Assembly: GCA_963817685.1 (NCBI GenBank)
Contig: CAWFPN010000003.1
Coordinates: 401,772 to 465,771 of the forward strand
Length of the DNA stretch: 64,000 nt
Origin: an uncultured Verrucomicrobiae bacterium
Lineage (GTDB): Bacteria > Verrucomicrobiota > Verrucomicrobiia > Palsa-1439
Direction: 5' to 3'
This document shows, one piece after another, positions 52,359 to 63,700 of this stretch. Both the position numbers and the translations under genes were made by a program. Numbering within the stretch: the stretch's first letter is position 1; each line of letters opens with the position of its first letter. Below the pieces are notes generated by a model. It was given only the letters and a program-made list of their open reading frames with translations. It searched no databases and was not told the origin of the DNA.

Positions 52359-55300
52359 ATGTGCTTTACCCTTCCCCGAAGTGGCGCGGCGCTGTTGCTG
52401 GCGATCGCGCTTCTCGCTCCCCGCGCGGTGCTGGCCCACAAAGTGAACGTCCGCTCGGCCGCGACGGAGAAGCTGGTGCTGGACAACGGCGGCCAGCTCG
52501 TGGCCGATTACGGCAGTTACCGGCTCTATGAGGTGGGCACCGTTCCGCCGTCCGTCCTGCAGGATGACACGGCGGAGGTCCGTGATGATTATAATCGGAT
52601 TTTTCTCAATGCCGCCACCGTCGACACGACCGCGCCGGCGGTGAAGGCGCTGCGCAAACCGGCCGGCGTTTTCAGCGGCAAGCACCTGCACTTGATCCAA
52701 TTTGCCGGCCCGATGCAGCCGGCGTGGCATGAGGCTTTGCGGGCAACCGGGGCGCGCATCGTCAGCTACGTCCCGCAAAACACCTACCTGGTCTACGGCG
52801 ATGCCCCGGCCATTGCCAGGCTCCAGGCCCTGGCGGGCACGCTGACAGCCGTGCAGTGGGACAACGTTTTTGCGGACGACTACAAGATCCATCCCCAGGC
52901 CCGGCTGATCGACGAGCACGGCAACCCGCAGACGCCGGCGACGGATGAATTCGCCATCCAGCTTGTGGACGACGCCGACGCGAACCCGGCGACGCTGGCC
53001 CTGATCGAACGGCTCAAGCTGGAACCGGTCCGCCGCCAGTACAGTTTCCTGCAATGCGTGAATGTCTTTGTCCGGGTCCGGCCGCAGGACCTCGTCCAGA
53101 TCGCGGCGCAGCCGGATGTGATCTCGATCCAGCCTTACTTCGAGCCCCGCAAACAGGATGAGCGCCAGGACCAGATCGTGGCGGGCAATCTCACGGGAAG
53201 CGCGCCGAGCGGGCCGGGGTATCTGGCATGGCTGACGGGCAAGGGATTCACGCAAGCGCAGTTCACGACGTCGGGGTTCGCGGTGGACGTGAGCGACAGC
53301 GGCATCGATAACGGCACCACCACGCCCAATCACTATGCCCTCTACGTGCTGGGAGACACCCACAATGCCAGCCGCGTCATCTACAACCGGGTGGAAGGCA
53401 CACCCAACAATCCCGGCAGCACAATCGAGGGCTGCGACGGACACGGCAATCTCAACACGCACATCGTCTGCGCCTACGACGCCCATGCGGCCACCCCGAC
53501 CAATACGGACAATGCCGGTTACTACTACGATCTCGGCACGTGTCCGTTTGTCTTGGTCGGTTCCTCGGTGGTTTTCGATCCCGTCAACTTTACCAATCCG
53601 AACTACGCCAATCTCCAATCCGAGGCCTATCACAATGGCGCGCGTATCAGCAACAACAGTTGGGGCGACACAGCCCCCAACGGCAATGCCATCTACAACC
53701 CGTACAACTCCGATTCGCAAGCCTACGACGCCCTGGTGCGGGACGCACAACCTTCCGGCTCGACGTACCCCACCGGAGGCAACCAGGAGATGGTGATTGT
53801 TTTCTCGGACGGCGACGGCGGGCCGTCCGCCCAAAGCGTCACGCCGCCGGCCACGGGGAAAAACGTCATCGCCGTGGGCGCTTCCCAGAATGTCCGGTCC
53901 ATGACCCCGGCCAATGGCGGGACCGACCCTCAAGGCAGTGATGGCTGCAGCGAACTGGACACCGATGCCAGCAACGCGAACGATATCGCCAGCTTTTCCA
54001 GCCGCGGCCCCTGCGCGGACCATCGTTTCAAACCGGACCTCGTGGCGCCCGGCTCACACATCACCGCCGGCGCGCCCCAGAGCTCCCCGCCCCCATCGCC
54101 CGCCGGCGCGGGATCGGGGTTGGACTGTTTTCTCAATTTTTACTCCGCCTACGGCACGTCGGGAGGTTCACTGGGGGTTTGCGGCGTTCCGGGCAGCGGC
54201 AATTATGACAATGATTTGAACAACTTCTTTCCGATCGGCCAGGAATTTTTCACGGAATCGTCCGGCACCAGCCATTCTGCGCCCTGCGTCTCGGGCGCCT
54301 GCGCCCTGCTGCGGCAGTACTTCATCAACCAGTCCCTCTCGCCGCCCAGCCCCGCGATGACCAAGGCGTACTTGATGAACTCCGCCCGCTATCTGGACGG
54401 CCCCAGCGCCAACGATACTCTTCCGTCAAACAACCAGGGCATGGGCGCGCTGGATCTCGGGATGGCCTTTGACGGTATCGCGCGCGTCCTGCGCGATGAG
54501 CTTTCCGCGGACCTGTTCACGGGCAGCGGTCAAACGCGCACGTTCGCGGGATCGGTCAATGACCCCTCCCAGCCGTTCCGGGTGACCCTCGCCTGGACCG
54601 ACGCGCCAGGCAACACGGTCGGCAACGCCCTGAATAATGATCTCGACCTGACTGTGTTTGTCGGCGGGAAGTTCTACAAGGGCAACGTTTTCAGCGGCGC
54701 CACTTCCGTCACCGGAGGCAGCGCCGACCACCTGAACAACGTGGAAAGCGTCTTCCTGCCGGCCGGCGTCACCGGGGGGTTCAACGTCACCGTCACCGCC
54801 GCCAACATCAACTCGGACGGTGTGCCGGGCAACAGCCATCCGCTGGACCAGGACTTTGCGCTGGTCATTTACAACGGCACGAGCGCCCCGCTTGCCAACT
54901 TCGCCCCGGTGGCCGGCCTGTATGATGGATTGATCCAGTCCAATACGCCTTCGCCGCAGACTTCGGGATTCCTCAGTATCACCGCCGCCACCAACGGCGT
55001 CTTCACCGCCAAGATCACGTTCAACGGGGCGGCCTATTCCTGGAAGAGCCAATTCGACAACAACGGTGATGCGTCTACTTTGATTGCCCGCGGCGGGACC
55101 AGTGCGCTGACTGTGGCGCTTCAAATCGATCTGACCAACGGCACCGACCAGATCACCGGCACGGTTTCGGACGGCACCTTCACTTCCGATGTGACCTCCC
55201 ATCTGTCGACGTTCAATGCCAAGACCAATCCGGCCACGTCCTTCGCTGGTTATTACACCGTCCTGTTGCCGCCCAATCCCGGCGACACAGGCCCGGGCTT

Positions 55301-55922
55301 CCCGCAAGGATACGGGTGCGGGACACTGAAAGTCGCCACCGGCGGCACCGTCACCTTCTCCGGGACACTGGGCGATGGCACGCCGGTCTCGCAGACAGCC
55401 GTTGTCGCCAACGACGGCCTCTGGCCCGTGTACGTCCCCCTCTACGCGAAGCAAGGTCTCCTCACAGGATTTGTGACGTTCACCAACGTTGTCGGCGTCA
55501 GCGATCTCAGCGGCACGCTGACCTGGTCCAAACCGGCGATCCTTTCCTCCAAGTTTTATCCGAACGGGTTTACGAACCAGGTGACGCTCCTCGGTTCGGC
55601 GTACACTGTCCCGGCGCGCGGGGCGCCGGCGCTGGTTGTCTCGAACGCGGCGTGCAACCTGTTGATCGCCGCGGGTGACGGCAATCTGGGTTCATTCCAA
55701 AGCAATACGGTGACGTTGAACGCCAAGATCGTCTCCTGCACCAATGCCGTCAAACTGGCGATCGTTCCCAACACCGGACTGTTCTCCGGCAGCTTCGTTG
55801 ATCCCGCCACCCGCAAGTCGACAACGTTCAAAGGCGCCCTTTTCCAGAGGCAAAACAACGGCGCCGGCTTCTTCTCCGGCACCAATCAAACCGGCTTCGT
55901 CACTCTCGATCCAGTCCCCTAG
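52359..55922 (+). CDS. Secreted S8-family (subtilisin-like) serine peptidase with an N-terminal propeptide-like region and a long C-terminal beta-rich extension.
   Basis: Signal peptide MCFTLPRSGAALLLAIALLAPRAVLA. Catalytic triad motifs: GFAVDVSDSGID (Asp), GHGNLNTHIVCAY (His), SGTSHSAPCVSGACALL (Ser). ~1190 aa. Confidence 0.8.
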   Translation: MCFTLPRSGAALLLAIALLAPRAVLAHKVNVRSAATEKLVLDNGGQLVADYGSYRLYEVGTVPPSVLQDDTAEVRDDYNRIFLNAATVDTTAPAVKALRKPAGVFSGKHLHLIQFAGPMQPAWHEALRATGARIVSYVPQNTYLVYGDAPAIARLQALAGTLTAVQWDNVFADDYKIHPQARLIDEHGNPQTPATDEFAIQLVDDADANPATLALIERLKLEPVRRQYSFLQCVNVFVRVRPQDLVQIAAQPDVISIQPYFEPRKQDERQDQIVAGNLTGSAPSGPGYLAWLTGKGFTQAQFTTSGFAVDVSDSGIDNGTTTPNHYALYVLGDTHNASRVIYNRVEGTPNNPGSTIEGCDGHGNLNTHIVCAYDAHAATPTNTDNAGYYYDLGTCPFVLVGSSVVFDPVNFTNPNYANLQSEAYHNGARISNNSWGDTAPNGNAIYNPYNSDSQAYDALVRDAQPSGSTYPTGGNQEMVIVFSDGDGGPSAQSVTPPATGKNVIAVGASQNVRSMTPANGGTDPQGSDGCSELDTDASNANDIASFSSRGPCADHRFKPDLVAPGSHITAGAPQSSPPPSPAGAGSGLDCFLNFYSAYGTSGGSLGVCGVPGSGNYDNDLNNFFPIGQEFFTESSGTSHSAPCVSGACALLRQYFINQSLSPPSPAMTKAYLMNSARYLDGPSANDTLPSNNQGMGALDLGMAFDGIARVLRDELSADLFTGSGQTRTFAGSVNDPSQPFRVTLAWTDAPGNTVGNALNNDLDLTVFVGGKFYKGNVFSGATSVTGGSADHLNNVESVFLPAGVTGGFNVTVTAANINSDGVPGNSHPLDQDFALVIYNGTSAPLANFAPVAGLYDGLIQSNTPSPQTSGFLSITAATNGVFTAKITFNGAAYSWKSQFDNNGDASTLIARGGTSALTVALQIDLTNGTDQITGTVSDGTFTSDVTSHLSTFNAKTNPATSFAGYYTVLLPPNPGDTGPGFPQGYGCGTLKVATGGTVTFSGTLGDGTPVSQTAVVANDGLWPVYVPLYAKQGLLTGFVTFTNVVGVSDLSGTLTWSKPAILSSKFYPNGFTNQVTLLGSAYTVPARGAPALVVSNAACNLLIAAGDGNLGSFQSNTVTLNAKIVSCTNAVKLAIVPNTGLFSGSFVDPATRKSTTFKGALFQRQNNGAGFFSGTNQTGFVTLDPVP

Positions 55923-56050
55923 GAACAAGCCGGGGCGGTATTTTCAGGGTGAGCTTGACAACGGCGCAAGGGGCGACTAGCATCCTGCATCGCGAGTTGG
56001 TGTGTTAAGCCTCAAGGTATGCGGACCTGATCCGTAGGAAGGTGGAACGT

Positions 56051-56317
56051 ATGCTGCCGAAGGAATTGACCACTTTAAAAAAGGCCCTCAAAGGGAAAAG
56101 GTTCTACACGTTTTCGGGCGACGATTATCTTTGCAAGGAACTCGAGCAAGTCGATGCTCTTCTTGAGCGGATCCGCACGGCCAAAAACACCACGGAAGTC
56201 CAGGAAGCCATCAACGAGACTTTGGCGGTGTGGAAACCCTCAGTGCCGGGCCTGACTGTCGGAACATCAGCCCCCATCCAAAAATGGTCCACGGAGACAG
56301 GAGTAACCTGCAGCTGA
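56051..56317 (+). CDS. Hypothetical small protein (88 aa).
   Basis: RBS-like GGAAGGTGG. MLPKELTTLKKALKGKRFYTFSGDDYLCKELEQVDALLERIRTAKNTTEVQEAINETLAVWK... Lower-GC region. Confidence 0.4.
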   Translation: MLPKELTTLKKALKGKRFYTFSGDDYLCKELEQVDALLERIRTAKNTTEVQEAINETLAVWKPSVPGLTVGTSAPIQKWSTETGVTCS

Positions 56318-56360
56318 ACGGGTGTTCATCGCCGCCGACGCGACAACAACTCGGCCGCAA

Positions 56361-56663
56361 TCAGAATTTGGCCTGTACCAGCGTCAACTGAGGAAACCGT
56401 TCCCGGTACAGCAATCCCTCGAGCACGGTCGCCTTGCGCAGATTGGGATCCTCCGGCCGCAGGTAATGGACTTTGCCTGTGCGCGTCATGACCTCGATGG
56501 TCTCGTCATCAGGCACAGCCGAGATGATCCAGTATTTGTTTACCAGGTAGGTGTAATCCTCGCCGCAACTGGAAGGACGCACGTCACGGGCTCGCGGTCC
56601 GGGACGGGGCGAAACCTTGTGTTTGCGGTACACAACGTGGTCCCCTACCTCATACCGTTTCAA
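56361..56663 (-). CDS. Hypothetical small protein (100 aa).
   Basis: Strong RBS GGAAGGAGGTGG upstream of a TTG start. ...YEVGDHVVYRKHKVSPRPGPRARDVRP...YLVNKYWIISAVPDDETIEVMTRTGKVHYLRPEDPNLRKA... Confidence 0.4.
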   Translation of the reverse strand: MKRYEVGDHVVYRKHKVSPRPGPRARDVRPSSCGEDYTYLVNKYWIISAVPDDETIEVMTRTGKVHYLRPEDPNLRKATVLEGLLYRERFPQLTLVQAKF

Positions 56664-56814
56664 ACCTTTTATCCACCTCCTTCCACGGAAATAATAAACC
56701 GCGAACGCCTCCGCTGCAAGTGCGGACGAGCATTTGTAACAAAAAATCGCGACGGCGACCCTCCGCGCCGGTTCGTGTCTTGAAAAGACGCGCCCGGCAT
56801 GTTACAGGCTTGGC

Positions 56815-57627
56815 GTGGTCAACTTCAGCGAACGCTTTATCGTCAAACCCCGGCAACGGGTCAAACTGCGGCATTTCGACGCTGACGACACCGCCCGATT
56901 GCACAAGACCAGGGCCGTCCTCAAGCTCCTGGACAAGAACGTGGCGCGTCTGGAGGAACTGGAATACCGCCTGGCCGCCGAGAACCGTCGCGCGCTGCTG
57001 ATCGTCCTGCAGGGCATGGACACGGCCGGCAAGGACGGCACCATCCGCCACGTCATGTCGGGGCTGAACCCGCAAACCTGCCGTGTGACCTCGTTCAAGG
57101 AGCCGTCGGCGGAGGAGGCGCGTCACGATTTCCTTTGGCGCATTCACAAGGCGGCGCCGGCCCACGGGGAAATCGGCATCTTCAACCGCTCACAGTACGA
57201 GGACGTGCTGGTCGTGCGCGTGCACGACCTGGTCCCCCCGTCCGTCTGGTCCAAACGCTACGACCAGATCAATGTCTTCGAGAAGCTGCTCACGCAGAAC
57301 AACGTGACGGTGCTCAAGTTTTTCCTCCACATCAGCAAGGACGAACAACTGGCGCGGTTGCAAGAGCGGTTGACCGACCCCGCGAAGAATTGGAAGATCA
57401 GCGAGGCCGATGCTCACGAGCGCAAGCGCTGGCACGATTACGTGAAGGCCTACGAAGCCGTATTGGAGCACTGCAGCACATCCTACGCGCCCTGGTTCAT
57501 CATCCCGGCCAACAAGAAATGGTTCCGCAACCTGGCCGTCTCCCAGATCATCGTCGAGACGCTGGAGAAGATGGACCCCCAATTCCCCAAGCCGTCCATC
57601 GACCTCTCCACCATCAAGCTCCAATAG
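56815..57627 (+). CDS. Polyphosphate kinase 2 (PPK2) family polyphosphate:nucleotide phosphotransferase.
   Basis: ...LIVLQGMDTAGKDGTIRHVM (Walker A)...RSQYEDVLVVRVH...ERKRWHDYVKAYE...YAPWFIIPANKKWFRN (PPK2 lid). GTG start. Confidence 0.8.
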   Translation: MVNFSERFIVKPRQRVKLRHFDADDTARLHKTRAVLKLLDKNVARLEELEYRLAAENRRALLIVLQGMDTAGKDGTIRHVMSGLNPQTCRVTSFKEPSAEEARHDFLWRIHKAAPAHGEIGIFNRSQYEDVLVVRVHDLVPPSVWSKRYDQINVFEKLLTQNNVTVLKFFLHISKDEQLARLQERLTDPAKNWKISEADAHERKRWHDYVKAYEAVLEHCSTSYAPWFIIPANKKWFRNLAVSQIIVETLEKMDPQFPKPSIDLSTIKLQ

Positions 57628-57659
57628 GCGGAAACGGCGGACCACCCGACAAACACGCA

Positions 57660-60020
57660 TCAGGGACCGAGACGGATGCGGTAGTAGCGGGCGGGGGTGT
57701 TGGTGGCGCCGCCGGTGTCGGTGTAGGTGGCGGTCGTGTCACCGGAACCGGGGACGATGACCGAACCGATGTCCTGGAAGTCGTTGGAATAACTTCCATT
57801 GATTTGGCCGTTGGCGGCCTGGACGACGTCGGTCCGGCCGCCGCCGGTTTGCCAGCTCAGGACGACATCATTGCCCGAAGGCGTTTCGGAAATGATCTTG
57901 AAGAGCGAGGCGGTGTTGGTCGGGTTCAACCCCATGAGAAACTGGTTTGTATTACTGATGCCTTTGCCGAACGGATCGGCGGTGCCCACAGCCTGCGGAC
58001 AGGCGGTACAGTGGAAATAGAAGTTCTGCCACTGCGTATACGGATCGGTTGGCGGCGGCCCGTTGGTGACTTCCAATCTCACCAGACCGCTGATCGTGGT
58101 GTCAATCGTGTAGGTCCAACTCCCATTGGGCGTCGAACCGACAGTCGGCCCATTGTTCACGAGTGTGCCGCTGTAGCTGAACAGGATATACGTGCCGGTG
58201 GTGAACCCGCCCGCATCCGTCACGTTGAGCAGGCCGCCGAGCGTCAAGTTGCCGTTCACCGCGGTTTCGGCGCTGCTTGTGCCCAGGGCATAGTGGATCA
58301 CAGAGGAATTGTTCAGGGTCAGATTGTTGTTCACCGTCAACGTGCCCGTTGGATCGCCGGGGGCAAACACGCCGGACGCCCCAACGCTGACAACACCGCC
58401 GATGGCGCCGGTGCCGCCCAATGTCGCGCCGCTGTCCACGGTCACCGTGCCGGACCCCGTGCCGCTGCCGCTGGTGTTATCGACCAGCAACGTTCCGTTG
58501 CTGACGATGGTGCCGCCGCTGTAGGTGCTGCCGCCGCCGAGTCTCTGCGTGCCGCCGCCGAGTTTGACCAGACGCAACAGCGTGCTGTCCGTATTTTCGA
58601 TTGTCCCTGTGAACGTCCCGCCGCCGCCCGCGACACCGACGAACAGATTTTGCACCGCGCCGTTGGCGGCGCTTTCATTCACCGTTCCCGCGCCCGTCAA
58701 CGCATCGACCCAGACACTGTTGTTGTCCATCACCAGGGTCGCGCCGGAGGCGATATTGAGGTTGGCCCGGTTATTCGTCCAATTTCCGAGCCCGGCATAA
58801 TTCTCGATCGTGCCCTGCTCGATATCGAACAGGCCGTTGGTCCCCAGGCTGATATTGGCGCCGCCGTCGCCGGGATTGTTCACGTACCCGAAGTAAATCG
58901 TGTCCGGGCCGGTCTTCACCACCGTGCCCGTGCCGCAAAACGTGGCGGGCGGCGTCGATTGCAGGGAAAAACTGCCGATGGTGTGCAGTTCGAGGGTGGC
59001 ATTGTTGCTGAGCACGCCGGCGATGTTCACGGTGTTGCTGCTGAATACCAGGCGGCCCGCGTTGACCATGGTCAAGCCGTACCATTGGGGGGCGTGCTGG
59101 CCCATGAAGGTTTGCGTGCCGGTGCCGTTCTTGATCACGTTGAACGTGCCGCCGTGGCTGAGATCGTTGTACTCCCGGATCCGGCCGCCGAACGTGTAGC
59201 TGCCGCTGCCGTTCAACGTCAAGGTGGAACTGCCGGTGGTCATGGTGGACGATTCGGCGATTTCCACGTTCCCGGCCCCGTTGTCCTGAAGCCCGGCAAT
59301 CGCCTGGGTGTTGCCCATCAATTCCCAGACCCCCTGCCCCCCCCCGGTGGTGCTGACCGTCACCACGGCGGTGTCGACAAGTTGTTCGTTGTTGGACTCA
59401 ACGACATAACACGCCGCAACGCCCGAGCCGGCGTTGCCGGCAATATTGAGGTCGCCGCCGATGGACTTGCCGGATGACTTGGCCAAGACCAGCATGCCGT
59501 TGTTGATGGTCGTTGGTCCCGTGAGTGTATTGCCTGAGCTTCCGTTGAGCGTCAGGGTGCCCGCGCCAGCCTTGGTGAGGCCGGCGGCGCCGGCCAGGAC
59601 GGCGTTGATGGTTACGTCCTGTTGATTGTCGGCGGTGATGGTGGGCGAGCCCGAGGAAACGCTCAACGTCAACGGACCGCCGCTGCCGGTGTTGACGACC
59701 CACGGGTGACCGGCGTTCTGATCGCCGAAGTGAATACCGCCGATGGTGAAGGTGCCGTCCAACGTGACGATGGAAGGATCGGGGTTGCCGTGCAACGCCA
59801 CCTGGCTGAGATCGGCGATATTGTCGGTGCCGTTGGCCGGACCGTTTGGGTTCCATGTCTGCGGATTGGCCCAACTGCCCGATGCGAGGTAGTAGGTTTC
59901 GTTGGTCCAAACGTACGTGGTCTGCGCCTGTGTGGGTGTGCCCAACAGGATGGCTGTGCCAAAAGACAAAAGGAAAAACATGAACGTGCGGAATCGCATG
60001 GCCAGCCTGACGGTAGTCAC
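57660..60020 (-). CDS. Secreted protein with autotransporter-associated beta-strand (PATR-type) repeats and a C-terminal FN3-like module.
   Basis: Signal peptide MRFRTFMFFLLSFGTAILLGTPTQAQ. Multiple units of LTKAGAGTLTLNGSSGNTLTGPTTINNGML / LVKLGGGTQRLGGGSTYSGGTIVSNGTL. C-terminus ...TDTGGATNTPARYYRIRLGP. Confidence 0.7.
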   Translation of the reverse strand: MTTVRLAMRFRTFMFFLLSFGTAILLGTPTQAQTTYVWTNETYYLASGSWANPQTWNPNGPANGTDNIADLSQVALHGNPDPSIVTLDGTFTIGGIHFGDQNAGHPWVVNTGSGGPLTLSVSSGSPTITADNQQDVTINAVLAGAAGLTKAGAGTLTLNGSSGNTLTGPTTINNGMLVLAKSSGKSIGGDLNIAGNAGSGVAACYVVESNNEQLVDTAVVTVSTTGGGQGVWELMGNTQAIAGLQDNGAGNVEIAESSTMTTGSSTLTLNGSGSYTFGGRIREYNDLSHGGTFNVIKNGTGTQTFMGQHAPQWYGLTMVNAGRLVFSSNTVNIAGVLSNNATLELHTIGSFSLQSTPPATFCGTGTVVKTGPDTIYFGYVNNPGDGGANISLGTNGLFDIEQGTIENYAGLGNWTNNRANLNIASGATLVMDNNSVWVDALTGAGTVNESAANGAVQNLFVGVAGGGGTFTGTIENTDSTLLRLVKLGGGTQRLGGGSTYSGGTIVSNGTLLVDNTSGSGTGSGTVTVDSGATLGGTGAIGGVVSVGASGVFAPGDPTGTLTVNNNLTLNNSSVIHYALGTSSAETAVNGNLTLGGLLNVTDAGGFTTGTYILFSYSGTLVNNGPTVGSTPNGSWTYTIDTTISGLVRLEVTNGPPPTDPYTQWQNFYFHCTACPQAVGTADPFGKGISNTNQFLMGLNPTNTASLFKIISETPSGNDVVLSWQTGGGRTDVVQAANGQINGSYSNDFQDIGSVIVPGSGDTTATYTDTGGATNTPARYYRIRLGP

Positions 60021-60141
60021 TTGCAGTTGTATGATCCCTTGTTTCCCGCACCGCCTCGCCGACGGTGATTGAATGCTTCGTAGTTAGACAAAGACAATGA
60101 CAGGGAGGATGGTAACCAGCGCGCTGGCGCAGACGCAACTA

Positions 60142-60672
60142 CTACAACCCAAGCGCTTTACCGCTGATTGTACCCTTGAAAACTGCTGCTGGCGCGTTGG
60201 TATTGCCAAAAAGCGGGTCGTTCCAGACGCCGCTGAGAGTCGCTTCGAACGACTTGGCGACACCTTTGCTTTCCGCTACGGTACCGGCCGCGAGGAGTTC
60301 TCCGCCAAAAACCAATCCGTCCTGCAATGTGACGGTGGCGGCGCCGTTGGGGATCAGAGTCACGGCGAATGTATTGTGGTTCGTGAGCACCGCCGTGTGG
60401 TTAAATTCAAGCAGTGTCTTCAGAAACATCAGGTTGGTGGACGACCCGCTCGCCTCCACGAACACGACGACTCCGTGATCCAGGTCAATCTGGACGAGCA
60501 ACTGATTGGTGCTTGCGACGAAATCGGCCTGCGTAATGGTCTGCTTCGTTGTGGCCGTTTGGATTTGTCCACTGAGCTTCGCCAGGTAGTTGACCGTTGC
60601 CGCGCCGGCACGACTGGCAGCGACGGCGCAGACAACTGCTGCCGTGATGATCGCGCCTGTCTTTCTCGTCAT
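60142..60672 (-). CDS. Hypothetical secreted protein (176 aa).
   Basis: Signal peptide MTRKTGAIITAAVVCAVAASRAGAA. No homology recognised. Confidence 0.45.
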   Translation of the reverse strand: MTRKTGAIITAAVVCAVAASRAGAATVNYLAKLSGQIQTATTKQTITQADFVASTNQLLVQIDLDHGVVVFVEASGSSTNLMFLKTLLEFNHTAVLTNHNTFAVTLIPNGAATVTLQDGLVFGGELLAAGTVAESKGVAKSFEATLSGVWNDPLFGNTNAPAAVFKGTISGKALGL

Positions 60673-60703
60673 GGAGAAGTGGTCCTGATGGTAAACCCGC
60701 CGG

Positions 60704-63700
60704 CTAGGGGCACGCGTGCCCGGTGAGGCAATTGTTCAGGCCGGTGCAGAAGGCGGACGGGATTGCGACCTGGAGTTTCTTGGCTCCCTTTGGATCCGCC
60801 GTGGACGCTTTCAATCCGTTCGGCAGTTTCGCGGAGTTGCCGCTCAGATTGAAGGCGCTGAGTTCGGCTGTCACGGCCAGGATCGCCTTCGTGTCGCCAC
60901 AGGCAGCCGTCGCCCGCGCCCGGGCGATCAGGCTTTCGCCCTTCGTGGTGCTGAACAGGGCGTTGTTGGCAATGGCGGTGATCATCTGCACGGCAAACTG
61001 TTTGCGCGCGGCGCACAGGGCGTTGCCGGACCGCGGGCCCCAGAGCAACCCGAGCGCTTCGCTCAACGCGTCCTGGCTGTCCACCTTGCCGTCGCCGTTC
61101 ACATCGCCGGTCGGCAGGCAAACGAAGCCGAGGTTGAGTCTCCCGCCGTTGGCCTCGATGGCCTTCAGCAGAGTCAGGCTGCTTGCATCGCTGTTCTTGG
61201 CGTGGGTCTTCCAGTAATCCTGCGTGCGCGTGATCACCTGCGGCGAGACCAACAGTTGCGAGTCAACGCCCAGGCTGGCCTGGCAAATGGTCGTGCAGCC
61301 GTTGCCGTCGACGATGTTGACGGCGTAGATACCGGCATTCACCGCCTGCACGTCTTGCAGGGTGATCGTCAGCGAGTTGGAGGTGAACCCGTTCGGGCCG
61401 GTCCAACTGATCGTGGGCACCCCGGGTCCGACCGTCGGCGCAACGGTGAAGCTGACGGTGTCACCCGGATTGGCGTTGATGCTGGACGGAGTGATCATGC
61501 AGCTCGGGGCGGGCGATACTCCCACCCATTCCTTACACGTGTTCGTGCACCCGTTGATCGCCACGGTGGCGAACACGTCGTATTGGATCGCCGGATTGCC
61601 GCTGGGGGTGACGACAACCGACGTGCCGGTGCTCGACCCGACGATGATGGCGGCATTCTCGATGCTCCACTGAATGCTGGCGCCGGGCAGCGTGGAGGTC
61701 ACCGTATAGATCTGGTTCGAATTGTTGGAGCACACGTAGGATGGCCCCTGGATCGAACAGGTCGGACAGAACAGGCACTGAATGTACGACGGGCACTGGC
61801 TGCTCACCGTGACCTCGCCGTTGGTGGACACTCCGCAGAGGCCTTGCGACGAGCCCGTGTCCATGTCGCCCGTAACCGTGGTGAGATTCGTGAAGATCTC
61901 GCCCTGGTAATCGCAACTGACAATCGCCGAGCACAGGGTGATATTCGTCACCGTGCCGGCCGCCAGGAACGGGATGGCAGCCTTGCACGTGTCCCACTTC
62001 GTGTTGGCGACAACATTCACATTGGTCAGATTGATCCCCCCCGCCGAAACGACCACGCTGAAGGTGACCTGGTGCCAGGTGTAGTTGGACGGCAGCGACA
62101 CGTTGTCATCATTGGTCACCCCATCCAGGTCGTCGGGCGAGTAGACGATCGCCATGCAACTGAGCCCGCCGCTGCCGATGGTGACGCTGGCGCTGGCGCT
62201 GGCTGTGACGGTGGAACTGTCCGAGCCGATGCCCTGCGCGACCACGGTGTTTTGGTAGTTCGTGCACTGCAAAGCGCTGAAGAAATTCGTCGCCGAAGCG
62301 CCCACCGCCAGCGTCGTGGGATACCCGCCCAGCGCGCCGCCAAACAGCGGATCGGTAACGGTGACGCCGTGCAGCGGCAACTGGCCGGTATTTTGCACAA
62401 TGATCCGGTAGCAGAAGACAGGGCACTGCGAACCCATGATGAAGCTGGAAGCCGTCTTCTGGCCGTCGTAGGCGCTGCCCAGGGCGCTGCAGGAGACGGT
62501 GCCCTGCTGGCAGAGCACGTCTTTCACCACATTAATGGCAGGCTTGCCAAGGCAATTGACCACCGCCGAGCAGGAACTGGAGACGCTGCCGCCGGACACG
62601 CAGAACAGTCCGTTTTGCGAGCTTGCCTGGGCAAACACCACCGCCGTATCGGTCAGGGTGCCGCCCGCCATGTTCGCGCAGTTCAATTGATTGGTGCAAA
62701 GGATGGTAAAGGACGCGCTGGACGCCAGGTTGGTCGGCAGGGTCGCGCTGCCCAGGCAGCCGTTCAGGTCGCTGACCAGGAAACTGGTCAACGCCACGCC
62801 GCTGTCGCTGGCGTTCTGGACGGTCAATTTGTAGATCACCTGGTGCGCATTGCCGTCCTGCGGAATCGTCGCGCTGGAGGCGAAGCTCACGCCATCCGTG
62901 CTCACCAACTCCGTGCAACTGACGCCGGCGTTCTTTACCGTCACGCTGGCGTTGTCCGTGGCGGAAACGGTGGCGCTGTCCGTGCCCACGCCCGTCGCGG
63001 TCACGACATTCTGCGTGCTGGTGCACAGCGTTTCCTGGAAGAAATTCGTCTCGGAAGCGCCCACGGCCAGCGTCAACGAACTGGCCACGGTGCCGAACAC
63101 GGAATCGCTGATGTTGACGTTATTCAGCGGCAACTGTCCGTTGTTGGTGACGATCACCCGGTAACAGAAGCTCGGGCACAAGCCGCCGGCGGCCACGCCC
63201 GTGGCGGTTTTCTGCCCGTCGTAGAGACCGCCGGCCACGCTGTTGCATCCCGGCGGGACGCCCTGCGGTTTGGCGATTAACGGAATAACGGTGCCCGGCG
63301 AGCAGATCACGTTCTTGACGACGCTGATGCTGGACGTGCCGATGCAACTGACCACCGCCGAGCAGGAGCTCGAGACGGTGCCGGTGGTGGAGCAAACCGT
63401 GCCGCCCTGCGAACTCACCAGGGCGGAGACCACGGCGGTATTGGTCAGCATGCCGCCCGCCAGACTCGCGCAGTTCAATTGGTTGGTGCAAAGAATGGTG
63501 AAGGACGCGCTCGACGCCAGGTTGGTCGGCAACGCCACGCTGCCCAGGCAGCCGTTCGGATCGCTGACCGAGAGGCCATTGAGCACCACACCGCTGTCGC
63601 TGGTGTTCTGGACCGTCAACTTGTAAATCACCTGATGCGCATTGCCGTCCTTGGGGATCGACGCGCTGGAGGCAAAGTTGACGCCATCGGTGCTGACCTG

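Noticed and set aside
52185-54023. 612-aa minus-strand ORF, plus the 54426..55454 minus ORF
   Set aside because: Antisense to the S8 peptidase gene. High-GC frame artefacts.
57135-59477. 780-aa plus-strand ORF
   Set aside because: Antisense to the PATR-repeat protein gene. Arg/Gly-rich nonsense.
60716-63280. 854-aa plus-strand ORF
   Set aside because: Antisense to the DUF11 giant protein gene.
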